From positions 5,984,001 to 6,048,000 of the forward strand of contig CP170459.1 of assembly GCA_047947115.1 (NCBI GenBank): DNA of 64,000 nucleotides, given 5' to 3'. Positions 14,306 through 23,525 of this stretch are shown piece after piece. Below the pieces are notes generated by a model, which saw only the letters and a program-made list of their open reading frames with translations, did not search any database and had not been told where the DNA came from. Numbering within the stretch: the stretch's first letter is position 1; the number at the start of each line of letters is the position of its first letter. The position numbers were made by a program, and so were the translations under genes. The stretch comes from Verrucomicrobiota bacterium (GTDB lineage Bacteria > Verrucomicrobiota > Verrucomicrobiia > Limisphaerales > AAA164-E04).

Positions 14306-16707
14306 AGGTCGATGACATGAATGGCGTCAACAGGACACACCTGAAGACAGATATCGCATCGGGTACACGCCGGCTCTTCAATAAGGTGCCGATGATACGG
14401 GTTCATGGGGATGGCATCCACGGGACAGTGCTGAGCACAGCGCGTGCATCCGATACACGATTCATTGATGTAATACTGGGTGAGTTTCGTGCATTTTTTT
14501 GCCGGGCATCGGCCTTGCAAGTGGGCTTCGTATTCATCCCGGTAATATTTCAAACTGGAAAGAACAGGATTTGGGGCCGTTTTGCCCAGACCACACAAGC
14601 TGCCATCCACAGTGATCCCTGCGAGTGCCTCGAGTGTTTCAAGATCCCCTTTCCGACCGCCCCCTTCGCAGAGTCGGTCGAGGATCTCCTTCATGCGTTT
14701 AGTGCCTACGCGGCAATGGGTGCATTTACCACAGGATTCATCCTGGGTGAACTCCATGAAATATCTCGCAATATCCACCATGCAGTCGGTTTCATCCAGC
14801 ACCACCATCCCCCCTGACCCCATGATGGCCCCTACGGACCGCAAAGCTTCGTAGTCGACAGGTGTGTGGCATAGATTGGCGGGAACACAACCTCCCGAAG
14901 GCCCGCCCATCAGCACAGCCTTGAGCTTGCGTCCATTTGGAACACCTCCCCCGATATCGTTGACGATTTCGCTGATAGACATGCCCATCGGCACTTCCAC
15001 CAAACCGCCCCGGTTGATCTTACCTGCCAATGCAAAGGTTTTAGTTCCTTTACATTTTTCGGTGCCCCGCACAGAGAATGCTTTGGCACCGTTGCGCATT
15101 AGCCAAGGAATGGTGGCGAGTGTTTCCACATTATTGATGAGTGTGGGCTTGCCCCACAAACCGGACTGAGCGGGGAACGGGGGTCTGAATCTCGGCATTC
15201 CCCTTCCTCCCTCAATGGCAGAAATCATGGCGGTTTCTTCACCGCAAACAAAGGCTCCCGCACCTTCGATTACACGCATTTTAAGGCTTAAAGAACTTCC
15301 GAAAATATTCTCTCCCAGGTAGCCCTTTTCCTCACAAATCTTGATGGCATGACGAATGCGTTCTGTAGCCAGGGGATACTCCGCCCGGATGTAGAATATT
15401 CCCTCATTAGCTCCGATGGCATGAGCGGCTATCGCCATTCCTTCAATAACTCGGTAAGGGAAGGATTCCAGGATCATACGGTCCATGAATGCGCCGGGGT
15501 CCCCTTCGTCGCCATTACAAATGACGTATTTCTTATCACCTGTCGCCGCCCGGGTGAATTTCCACTTTAATCCGGTGGAAAAACCAGCCCCCCCCCTGCC
15601 TCGTAGCCCGCTGGTTTCAATTTCCTTGATGACTTCCTCTGAATCTTCTTTTTCCAGAACGGACTTTAGGGCTTTGAACCCGTCATGAGCCTCGTATTCG
15701 TCGAAACTGGTCGGATTCAATTCCCCCAAATGCTCGGTGACCAAGTGGAATTGAGCTTTGGATCGATCCGCCTCGGCTCCGTGCCGTACATCGTCCGCAT
15801 AACGTGTCGGGGGAGCCCATGCTTCATCCGTAAAAAACTTTTCAAGCCACCCCATCACTCTGGCTCCGGCCTGTTTCAAAAGCCCTGCAGACCGAAAATG
15901 ACTGAGCAGAATTTCGCCCGCCTGATCCGCTTTAACCTTACCGTAACGGTATTTTCGATCCCGGTAAACAACCACCTCCACCAAAGGGGTTTCGTATGAC
16001 AAACCGGTACACCCCACTTGTTTGATACTCACTGGCAGGGCGTTCGAACGGATGGACTGCTTCAACGAGTCATACACCTTGTCGGTCCCACCTGCCACGC
16101 AACTGGAGCACAAACAAATACGCACTTCGCCTGTTGCCTGCTCTATTTTGACACCGTCGTCGTCATTAATATCGGACTGCTTCTTGGTAAGAGCTTTGAA
16201 ATCCTTGATAAGATCGGGCACTTTCCAGGGCTCCACATCGCCATAAATGACATCATCAATCTGCACCACCGGGGCCAACATGCAGCACCCCAAACAGGCC
16301 ACTTTTTCGGCTGTAAACTCGTTCTTAGGGTCAGTATGGCCTTTGGCCGGAATTTTCAATTCTGTTCGAAAGGTTTCATCCAAGATATTGGCACCACTGA
16401 CATGGCAAGCTGTCCCGACGCATGTCTTGACGATATGTTTGCCCACCGGGTAATGCCTGAACTGGGAATAGAAAGTGGACACACCAGTGACGGCGTCCGG
16501 AGTAATTTCCGAGACTTCACAAAGTCTTTCCAGAGCCGGTTTAGGAAGGTAGTTCCATTTCTTTTGAATGGCCTGCAGCAAAGGGATCAGGTGCTCGGGT
16601 TGATCTCCGATTTCCTTGACCCATTGATCCACCAAGGTGAGATCAATCTGTGGCGTGGTCGAGATGTCGACCGGCTTGGTCTGAGGATCTTGAACTAAAG
16701 TTTCCAT
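14302..16707 (-). CDS. NuoE-thioredoxin-like 2Fe-2S-NuoF fusion (HydC-HydB / BfuC-BfuB-like NADH-binding subunit)
   Basis: NuoE CVGTAC...CLGCC; FMN/NADH motifs SGLRGRGGAGF, CNGDEGDPGAFMDR and GAGAFVCGEET; SCGKCTHCR; C-terminal 2x[4Fe-4S]; 4-bp overlap with the next gene. Confidence 0.9.
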   Translation of the reverse strand: METLVQDPQTKPVDISTTPQIDLTLVDQWVKEIGDQPEHLIPLLQAIQKKWNYLPKPALERLCEVSEITPDAVTGVSTFYSQFRHYPVGKHIVKTCVGTACHVSGANILDETFRTELKIPAKGHTDPKNEFTAEKVACLGCCMLAPVVQIDDVIYGDVEPWKVPDLIKDFKALTKKQSDINDDDGVKIEQATGEVRICLCSSCVAGGTDKVYDSLKQSIRSNALPVSIKQVGCTGLSYETPLVEVVVYRDRKYRYGKVKADQAGEILLSHFRSAGLLKQAGARVMGWLEKFFTDEAWAPPTRYADDVRHGAEADRSKAQFHLVTEHLGELNPTSFDEYEAHDGFKALKSVLEKEDSEEVIKEIETSGLRGRGGAGFSTGLKWKFTRAATGDKKYVICNGDEGDPGAFMDRMILESFPYRVIEGMAIAAHAIGANEGIFYIRAEYPLATERIRHAIKICEEKGYLGENIFGSSLSLKMRVIEGAGAFVCGEETAMISAIEGGRGMPRFRPPFPAQSGLWGKPTLINNVETLATIPWLMRNGAKAFSVRGTEKCKGTKTFALAGKINRGGLVEVPMGMSISEIVNDIGGGVPNGRKLKAVLMGGPSGGCVPANLCHTPVDYEALRSVGAIMGSGGMVVLDETDCMVDIARYFMEFTQDESCGKCTHCRVGTKRMKEILDRLCEGGGRKGDLETLEALAGITVDGSLCGLGKTAPNPVLSSLKYYRDEYEAHLQGRCPAKKCTKLTQYYINESCIGCTRCAQHCPVDAIPMNPYHRHLIEEPACTRCDICLQVCPVDAIHVIDL

Positions 16708-16709
16708 AG

Positions 16710-18470
16710 TTAACCCTGAATACAGAATAAGTGGGATTCGCCTCGGACGATCATCCCGTTTTTAAATAAGGCCGGGGTACTCAAAACAGGCTCTCCCATG
16801 AAAGAATCCATGTTGCCTTTGAATGCTTCTCCCGTCGTTTCGAACACATGTGCGTAGCCGCCTCGATCGAACAGATACACCTTCTGCCCAATCCTCACCG
16901 GAGAAGAATAAAAACCGTGATCGGTCACCTCATACCACATCTCTTCCCCGTTATCGGCGTTCAGGCAGACGATTCCACCGTCACCCATCCCACCGAAATA
17001 CAAATTGTTGTGAACGATAGGAGAGGATATTCCGGGAGTGGTATCGCGATTCGACCAAAGCACCTCCTGAGTGGAAATATCAACAGCAGCAACATGCACG
17101 TAGTCAGCGGCAATATACAGGCGGCCATTGGCATAGTAGGGCGAAGGAGCAATTTCGCCTCCTTCCAGACACTCAATTTCCCAGATAAGCGCCCCATCAT
17201 CAACATTGTACAACGACAAGGTAGGTTCGGATGCCAGGGCCATAACGGACTTTCCTTCCCATTCGAATAATAGAGGAGAAGCCCAGGAAGCACCGTTGGT
17301 GCGATCCTTTTTCCAGCGCTCCTTGCCGGTGGCAGCATCATACGCAGCAACAAAACTGTGCTCTTCACGGTCCAACTGGATCAACACCAGATCACCATAG
17401 ACCTGAGGAGACGATGAATAACCGTAAGGATTGACCGGATTCCCCATGTGCACCGTCCACTTGAGTTCACCGTCCAACGTCACACCAGCAAGATCTCCAT
17501 TGGCGTATACGGCATAAACCATTGCACCATTACATGCCAATGTTGGGGCAGCGTAACCAGTATCCTCGGTAACTTCAGGAGGTTCCCCGGATTCTTTAGT
17601 GGTTGGGACTCCAGTTCGCCAAAGCTGTTTACCATCCTCCAAAGTGAAGCAAGCCACTTCACGTTTTTCTTCGTCAGCGCCGGTAAGGAATATTTTATCC
17701 TCCCAGATGATAGGAGAATTGAAGCCGACAAGGTCCAATTCGACTTTCCAGTGAATGCCATCCCCGGTTTCCCCATTCCAGGATTCAGGAAGTTGGACTT
17801 CATCCATCCAAGCATCATATCTTCCCAGGAATACCGCCCAATTCTGTCGGATCTGTTCGGAAGTGGCGAATTGGATGGAAGGAGCGGCGGGGGTTTGATC
17901 CGCAAATTCGGTTTCGCTGCTGGCGAGTGACGGGGGGCCATCCAGTTCTGCGTTTTCGGAAGGCACGGGCTCATCCAATGGACTTTTCCAAGGCAAGGCC
18001 AAGGACAAGGCGAACCCTGCCAGACAAAGCCCGGTGACGGTCACGGATTTTCTTGCCCACCTTGCCTGCTCGCGTGGATCATCCTTGGGATCACTTGAAT
18101 CGGGAAAGGGATGGTTAGCCTCATATGCTTCGATCAATTTGAAGCAAGCGAGCATCACCGCAAGACTGCCAACCAGCAGGTAGATCCCACGGTGATTGAA
18201 TTCCTGACTGGCAAAGAAAGCCTTGCGACCCAGTTGGTCCATTTGCTGGATCTGTAAGCGTAACTCCTCATTGCGTGGATCCTGATTCAACTGCTCAATC
18301 AAAGCTTCCAGTGAAGCGGAATGGACGGGGTCGGAACGATTCAGCATCGCCCGGTTTGCGATCATCAGCACACAGGTCACCACAGCCAATACGGCGGAAA
18401 CCCATCCTAATATTTTGATTATCTTATATGCTGCTGAATTTCGGTCCTTCTCAAGAACAACCACTCTCAT
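16710..18470 (-). CDS. Membrane-anchored PQQ-like (BamB-type) beta-propeller protein
   Basis: Three N-terminal hydrophobic segments; repeated G..W blades (DGKQLW, GELKW, TGKERW) and SSP motifs. Confidence 0.8.
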   Translation of the reverse strand: MRVVVLEKDRNSAAYKIIKILGWVSAVLAVVTCVLMIANRAMLNRSDPVHSASLEALIEQLNQDPRNEELRLQIQQMDQLGRKAFFASQEFNHRGIYLLVGSLAVMLACFKLIEAYEANHPFPDSSDPKDDPREQARWARKSVTVTGLCLAGFALSLALPWKSPLDEPVPSENAELDGPPSLASSETEFADQTPAAPSIQFATSEQIRQNWAVFLGRYDAWMDEVQLPESWNGETGDGIHWKVELDLVGFNSPIIWEDKIFLTGADEEKREVACFTLEDGKQLWRTGVPTTKESGEPPEVTEDTGYAAPTLACNGAMVYAVYANGDLAGVTLDGELKWTVHMGNPVNPYGYSSSPQVYGDLVLIQLDREEHSFVAAYDAATGKERWKKDRTNGASWASPLLFEWEGKSVMALASEPTLSLYNVDDGALIWEIECLEGGEIAPSPYYANGRLYIAADYVHVAAVDISTQEVLWSNRDTTPGISSPIVHNNLYFGGMGDGGIVCLNADNGEEMWYEVTDHGFYSSPVRIGQKVYLFDRGGYAHVFETTGEAFKGNMDSFMGEPVLSTPALFKNGMIVRGESHLFCIQG

Positions 18471-19870
18471 GACATCGTAACCTTTTCTTTCTTCCCAGAT
18501 TTTTCAGCCGGTGCCTGCGGTTGCATCAAAATTGCCTGAGAAGCTTCAAAGGCCGGAGTCCCCGGCACAAAATTTGGCCTGTGCATATCATCACTCGGGC
18601 AATAAGAACAACAGCGACCGCAGCTGTAGCAATCTGATTTGCGCACCTCATAGCCTACCTGGGTTCGTGATAAGGAGACATTGATCAGTTTCACCCCAAA
18701 AACCAAGCCAATAAAACCGCCAAGCAACCAACCGCCCGTGCTCATCTGTGAACGAATCTGTGCTGCTTTGCTGAACAAGTCCTCTTCAGTCTGACCTTTA
18801 GCTCGAAAAGTGTCCGACTCTATCGTTGTTGGCATATTAGAATCCTGCTTTTCCAGAACAATCTGTTCGGCCAAAGCAACCGTGCGGTGCTGCCTGCTCA
18901 AGGGTTCGGCCATACGGTAACCGATCCAACCACAAAGCAGAATCAACACAGGCACCATTACAAACAGGTAACCGAGACGATGGGCACCCGAATGGCGATC
19001 TTCCTTGGTCAAGCCGGCGTTGGGCTTGTCAATGGCGTCGAACGGACAGGATTCTTCGCACAAACGGCAGTCAATGCACACAGTTGGCGTGATGGATAAA
19101 TGCCACCTTGCGAAGCGAGACATCCAGCCCAGCAACACCCCGTAAGGACAGAAAAAGCGACAATATGGACGTGCTACGAACATTCCTACCAGAAGAAACC
19201 CGGCCCCCAGATAAAGGTAAGGAGCATGACCATTGAGACGGAAGAAACCAATGAAAGGGTCGTATTTACAAATCGCCATGCCGGCGTTGGTAGCCGAAAG
19301 TAGCACAGCGGTCCCCAAATAGATATAGGGAATCATGCTCAATCCGGTCGTCACTTTCTTGGGCAACTGAATGGGTTTGAGCACGACAAGATCCTGAATT
19401 GCCCCGAGGGCGCAGACCGATGCACAAAAAACACGTCCGAAGAAGAGTGAATAGGCAAGCGGCAGCAGGAAGAAAATCATCACTGTCACCGGAATGGCAT
19501 AGTGCACATTAAAAATGGACATGGTCACATTCTGAATCGATCCGATCGGGCAGACACAACCTTGCTTGTAGAACCCAAAATACCCCAAACTAAACAGCAT
19601 CAACCAGAAAAGGCCTTTCCGCGTTCTTAATTTGATAGCGAACAGGGCTCCGAGACTCAAAGTTGTAGCGAGCACCAGAACATCCACCCATTGCTGCCAC
19701 TCCTGAGTCGGTTCTGGGATCGTGGTTTCAGGGAATGTATATTCACTGACAAACTCCGGAGCTGGAAAGCGCATTTCGCCAGCTTGAGAAGACTCAGGCC
19801 ATCCCAAGTATACTCCGAGCAGGAGGACAGCAGCAAAAATCGCGTTCTTTTTGAGTAAGGAAAAAATCAT
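18467..19870 (-). CDS. Polytopic 4Fe-4S-binding membrane protein (NapH/MauN-like Fer4_5 family)
   Basis: Multiple TM helices; GCVCPIG, FCASVC and YCRFFCPYG motifs; CIDCRLCEESCP and CYSCGRCCSYCP clusters. Confidence 0.85.
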   Translation of the reverse strand: MIFSLLKKNAIFAAVLLLGVYLGWPESSQAGEMRFPAPEFVSEYTFPETTIPEPTQEWQQWVDVLVLATTLSLGALFAIKLRTRKGLFWLMLFSLGYFGFYKQGCVCPIGSIQNVTMSIFNVHYAIPVTVMIFFLLPLAYSLFFGRVFCASVCALGAIQDLVVLKPIQLPKKVTTGLSMIPYIYLGTAVLLSATNAGMAICKYDPFIGFFRLNGHAPYLYLGAGFLLVGMFVARPYCRFFCPYGVLLGWMSRFARWHLSITPTVCIDCRLCEESCPFDAIDKPNAGLTKEDRHSGAHRLGYLFVMVPVLILLCGWIGYRMAEPLSRQHRTVALAEQIVLEKQDSNMPTTIESDTFRAKGQTEEDLFSKAAQIRSQMSTGGWLLGGFIGLVFGVKLINVSLSRTQVGYEVRKSDCYSCGRCCSYCPSDDMHRPNFVPGTPAFEASQAILMQPQAPAEKSGKKEKVTMS

Positions 19871-19891
19871 GTTGGCACCTGTTGGTAAATG

Positions 19892-20506
19892 TTACTCAGG
19901 GAGGTTGAACACATCTTCCATGGTTTCCTCGCGTTCTTTGTGCCTCAGCAGATAGGGTTTATCGGCCGGCAACCGCTCCCAGGCATCGGCCGGACACTGC
20001 ATGGCAATGGAACATTCATTGCAGTTCACACAGACGTTATGTCTGACCTGCAGGTAGAAGGAGGCATTCCCGAACATCTCGCAGGCTTTGACACATTTGG
20101 CGCAGCCGATGCAGTAATCTTCCAGAATGTTGTATTCCCAATAGGGATCTTCTACAAAAAGTCGTTCAATGGCGCCGGTGGGACACAGTTGATTTTCGGC
20201 GGCCGAGGTCAATTCAGGGGCGTTAGGGAGGAAATATCCAAAACACAAACGGCAGTAACCACAGATGGGATAAGACTGAACACACTTAACGGCGGATGGA
20301 GAAACGACACAATCGGTCGCGCAATGCTCACACTGAACGCACTTGTCAGGGTCAATCTGCCAAACCGTATTTTGTTCGCGCGCCCCAAATACGGACATGC
20401 CCCCCATCCAGCCAAGCGTTAATGCGGCACCTCTGCCGACAGCTTGTTTGATAAAATCAAAGCGATTTAATTGGTCCGACGATTCATTCGATTTTGCATC
20501 AGCCAT
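19892..20506 (-). CDS. Polyferredoxin with Tat-like N-terminus
   Basis: CVQCEHCATDC, CGYCRLC, CPTGAI, CIGCAKCVKAC, CVNCNEC...CP; N-terminal NRFDFIK followed by a hydrophobic stretch. Confidence 0.85.
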   Translation of the reverse strand: MADAKSNESSDQLNRFDFIKQAVGRGAALTLGWMGGMSVFGAREQNTVWQIDPDKCVQCEHCATDCVVSPSAVKCVQSYPICGYCRLCFGYFLPNAPELTSAAENQLCPTGAIERLFVEDPYWEYNILEDYCIGCAKCVKACEMFGNASFYLQVRHNVCVNCNECSIAMQCPADAWERLPADKPYLLRHKEREETMEDVFNLPE

Positions 20507-20521
20507 AGTTTTTACTCCGTA

Positions 20522-22015
20522 TTATTGATTCAGTGTCAGATTGTTCGATCCCCCGGAAGCACCCGTACTCATATCCAGGCAAATCAGCATTTTGGAATCC
20601 CGCAAGATGAGTTTCCCCTCGACAATAGCCATGGGAGCCCAAGCGTCATGGCCGGGAGCCACTTCCGCGAACCCAAGTTTTTGAAAACCATCCAGACTGG
20701 CCTTGGCCATGGTCAATTCACCGTTGTCGTTGAGAATGTAAACTTTGTCATCAGCGATCATGTAAGGACCCAAACCGAATCGCTCGGTTTTGCCGCTGCT
20801 CCATACAACATTTCCCTCAAGATCCATGCAGACGAACTGGCCACGCATGGCTCCAGCGTCTTTGGGAAGAATGGAGAACAGATGGTTTTGGTAGAAAATG
20901 GGAGTCTGCTGTTCGCATGCAAATATCGTTTTATCCAGCTTGAATAGCGGCTTGGGAATGATCTTCCCCCCATCTTCCTTGAAGCCCATCATCATACTCC
21001 CCCCGCCATAACCGGCGGTAAAGAATACCTTGTCAGGCGCAACCCCGATAGGAGATGGCGACAACACATTTTGCGCCCAGTCCGAAGATTTCCAAAGGAG
21101 TTCACCCTTGGTGTCCGGCTCGGCAGATACGCCGACAACACCATTTTGTGAGCAGTAAACGTAGGTTTGCTTACCAAGAATCTCCATCTTCATGATGGAA
21201 GAGTGGGACATTTTCCATTGATCCTCATTGGTGGTGGTCCAATTGACCGCACCCGTCGCCAGATCCACGCCCATCATCATCGTGGTGCCGGAAGGTGCCA
21301 CAATGGCCTCATCTCCATCAATCAGAGGACACTGCCCCGTATACCATAGTGGAACGCTGGTTCCGTAATCCTTCACGAGGTCCAATCCCCAGACAAAATC
21401 ACCCGTCTTCGCCCGCACACACATGACAAAACAACGCGGCCCCATGGTGACCACGTAATCCTTGGTCAAAGCAGGAACCGTTCTTGAAACACCGTGATTA
21501 TTCTTGGTAGGGGCTTTGTAACGGCGTCGCCAGATCTCGATGCCGGTGTCCAGTGAGAAACACCTAAGAGTATCCCCTTGATATTCCTTATCGTAGTCCA
21601 GAATATAAACACAGCCCTGATCAACCGCCACACCTGCGTGCCCTTCGCCCATGGGAACGCTCCACAACTGAGTAGGACCTCCGGGAGGCCAGGTTTCAGA
21701 TAAGGGAACGGAGTCCTTGGCGATGTTATCAGCATCAGCTCCTCGAAATCCTTTCCATGTGCCTGCGGATGTGCCAAATTCACCTTCAAGCTTTTCAAAC
21801 TCACCCTCCAGATCCACGACAACTTCCGCCTTGGGCGCCGCTGCGACACCACCTACCGGCTTGTAAGTTCCGGCTGCGGTTTCCGCGGGAATATCGGTCA
21901 CGCGTGTTGTGATAGGAAGAGAGTTGCCCCCTTGAAACAGGAGGTACAAGAAACCCGCCGCAACCCCCGTTAAAAGGGTCATGGCATAAAAAGTCAGTTG
22001 TCGATCAGTAACCAT
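20522..22015 (-). CDS. Membrane-anchored PQQ-like beta-propeller protein
   Basis: N-terminal TM helix; WKGFRG, WPPGGPTQLW, TGIEIW, TGDFVW and WAPMAI motifs typical of PVC PQQ-like propellers. Confidence 0.85.
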   Translation of the reverse strand: MVTDRQLTFYAMTLLTGVAAGFLYLLFQGGNSLPITTRVTDIPAETAAGTYKPVGGVAAAPKAEVVVDLEGEFEKLEGEFGTSAGTWKGFRGADADNIAKDSVPLSETWPPGGPTQLWSVPMGEGHAGVAVDQGCVYILDYDKEYQGDTLRCFSLDTGIEIWRRRYKAPTKNNHGVSRTVPALTKDYVVTMGPRCFVMCVRAKTGDFVWGLDLVKDYGTSVPLWYTGQCPLIDGDEAIVAPSGTTMMMGVDLATGAVNWTTTNEDQWKMSHSSIMKMEILGKQTYVYCSQNGVVGVSAEPDTKGELLWKSSDWAQNVLSPSPIGVAPDKVFFTAGYGGGSMMMGFKEDGGKIIPKPLFKLDKTIFACEQQTPIFYQNHLFSILPKDAGAMRGQFVCMDLEGNVVWSSGKTERFGLGPYMIADDKVYILNDNGELTMAKASLDGFQKLGFAEVAPGHDAWAPMAIVEGKLILRDSKMLICLDMSTGASGGSNNLTLNQ

Positions 22016-22027
22016 TTGAGATGCCTC

Positions 22028-22135
22028 ACAATAATTCCCTTGATCTTTCTGTCAATGGGTTGAATGATGATAAGTAGTCATCGATTAAATGCCAACGTGA
22101 TTTACCTTGCCGTAACGGACGTGTGGTTGTAAAAC
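22028..22135. promoter_or_regulatory. Divergent sigma70-like promoters of the redox locus
   Basis: Minus strand TTGACA(22055-22050)-16-TATTGT(22033-22028); plus strand TTGCCG(22107-22112)-17-TAAAAC(22130-22135). Confidence 0.45.
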
Positions 22136-22170
22136 AAAAAAGGGTCAATTAAAACCAAAAATGATTAGCC

Positions 22171-23220
22171 ATGGCCGATATTAAATCACTAGCTCGACGG
22201 GGTTTTCTTTCGGGAGCACTTGTAACCGCAGGAGCAGCAGTAGGATGGATGTTCCGTAAATCTCAGAACCCACGACGTCCGGCACGGCAGAATCAAAGCC
22301 TCGACAAGAGTATTTTTGAGTATGACGTGAGCGAATACATGCAAACCGATCCGGATTTGCACATGTATGAAGCCGGGAAGGAATTCAAAGTGGACTTTGA
22401 GCGGGTCAAATCGGTGCTCATGACCGACGATGGCGCACTGATCGTGGCAGGCGACCGTAGCATTAAAGGAGTTGGCCGAGATGGAACGACCCAGTTCGAA
22501 CTCCCCCTCAGTCGTCCTCCCCACTGCATGGCCATCACGGAGCAGGGTCTCCTATGGGTTGGGTTGGGGCGATACTGTGAAGCTTACGATTTAAAAACGC
22601 TCGATAAGAGATTTAAAACCGACCAGTTGGGTGAAAAGTCTTACATCACCTCCATGCAGGCTTACGAGGACAGGGTTTATGTAGCGGACGCCGGACTTCG
22701 AGAAATGGTGGTATTGAAAGCTGAGTCGGGAGAGGAACTGTTTCGATTTGGTAAAAAGACGGAAACCAATCCCGGTTTCAATGTTCCAAGCCCTTACTTT
22801 GATTTTGTTATTGGCAGGGACTTGAAACTGCATATTTCCAATCCCGGACTCCTTCGTGTGGAGACCTACACACTGAATGGTACATTCGAAAGCAGCTGGG
22901 GCAAACCCGGCATGAAGGCGGATGCGTTTTGTGGATGCTGTAATCCGGTTTACCTAACACAACTCACCAACGGGGATTTTGTCACCAGTGAAAAAGGCCT
23001 GGCCAGACTGCATGTCTATTCCGAACAAGGGGAATTCAAAGGCGTGGTGGCTGATCCGAACCACATGATACCTGATGAAGCTCTAGCAAAGAAAGCTTGC
23101 GGGGATTGCACCAAAGGCCACGGTTTTGACCTTGCTTCGGATGAATCCGGCAATGTGTTCGTGCTCGACCCCATCCAACAGAGCATTCGGGTTTTTGAAC
23201 CCTCACCCAAATTGACTTAA
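22171..23220 (+). CDS. Tat-exported NHL-like beta-propeller protein with CGCC motif
   Basis: Twin-arginine LARRGFLSGA; NHL-like blades (VYVADAG, VFVLDP); FCGCCNP and CGDC motifs. Confidence 0.75.
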   Translation: MADIKSLARRGFLSGALVTAGAAVGWMFRKSQNPRRPARQNQSLDKSIFEYDVSEYMQTDPDLHMYEAGKEFKVDFERVKSVLMTDDGALIVAGDRSIKGVGRDGTTQFELPLSRPPHCMAITEQGLLWVGLGRYCEAYDLKTLDKRFKTDQLGEKSYITSMQAYEDRVYVADAGLREMVVLKAESGEELFRFGKKTETNPGFNVPSPYFDFVIGRDLKLHISNPGLLRVETYTLNGTFESSWGKPGMKADAFCGCCNPVYLTQLTNGDFVTSEKGLARLHVYSEQGEFKGVVADPNHMIPDEALAKKACGDCTKGHGFDLASDESGNVFVLDPIQQSIRVFEPSPKLT

Positions 23221-23250
23221 CCAAAACTAACCGCTTAAAAACCGAATAGT

Positions 23251-23508
23251 ATGAGCGAAAACCAATCAAAAGCAGAAAACAGTCTCCCAAGACGCCAGTG
23301 GATAGCCAAGGCGGCTCGATCGGTCATCGTGACCGCCATGGCTGCATTCGGCCTTGGACAGGTTTACAAAGCGAGAAAACTGGCAAACGACCCTAATTGC
23401 GTGCGGCTCTACACCTGCAATGACTGTATCGAGTATGGCGGCTGCGAACTGGATAAGGCGGTCGCATTCCGAAAGACGCAGGATAAGCCGGCATCAAACA
23501 ACAGCTGA
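23251..23508 (+). CDS. Small twin-arginine protein with four-Cys motif
   Basis: LPRRQWI followed by a hydrophobic helix; C-x5-C-x2-C-x5-C (CVRLYTCNDCIEYGGC); 30 bp after the previous gene. Confidence 0.7.
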   Translation: MSENQSKAENSLPRRQWIAKAARSVIVTAMAAFGLGQVYKARKLANDPNCVRLYTCNDCIEYGGCELDKAVAFRKTQDKPASNNS

Positions 23509-23525
23509 ACACGAGCAAAGCGGGC

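Noticed and set aside
12743..16707. FeFe-hydrogenase, formate dehydrogenase, glutamate synthase or respiratory nuoEFG call
   Set aside because: No H-cluster motifs, no molybdopterin domain, no gltB, and extra FeS domains not found in respiratory NuoF.
22040..22055. FNR-like site TTGAT-N6-GTCAA in the redox promoter
   Set aside because: Spacing is 6 rather than 4 and one half is the -35 box; not supportable.
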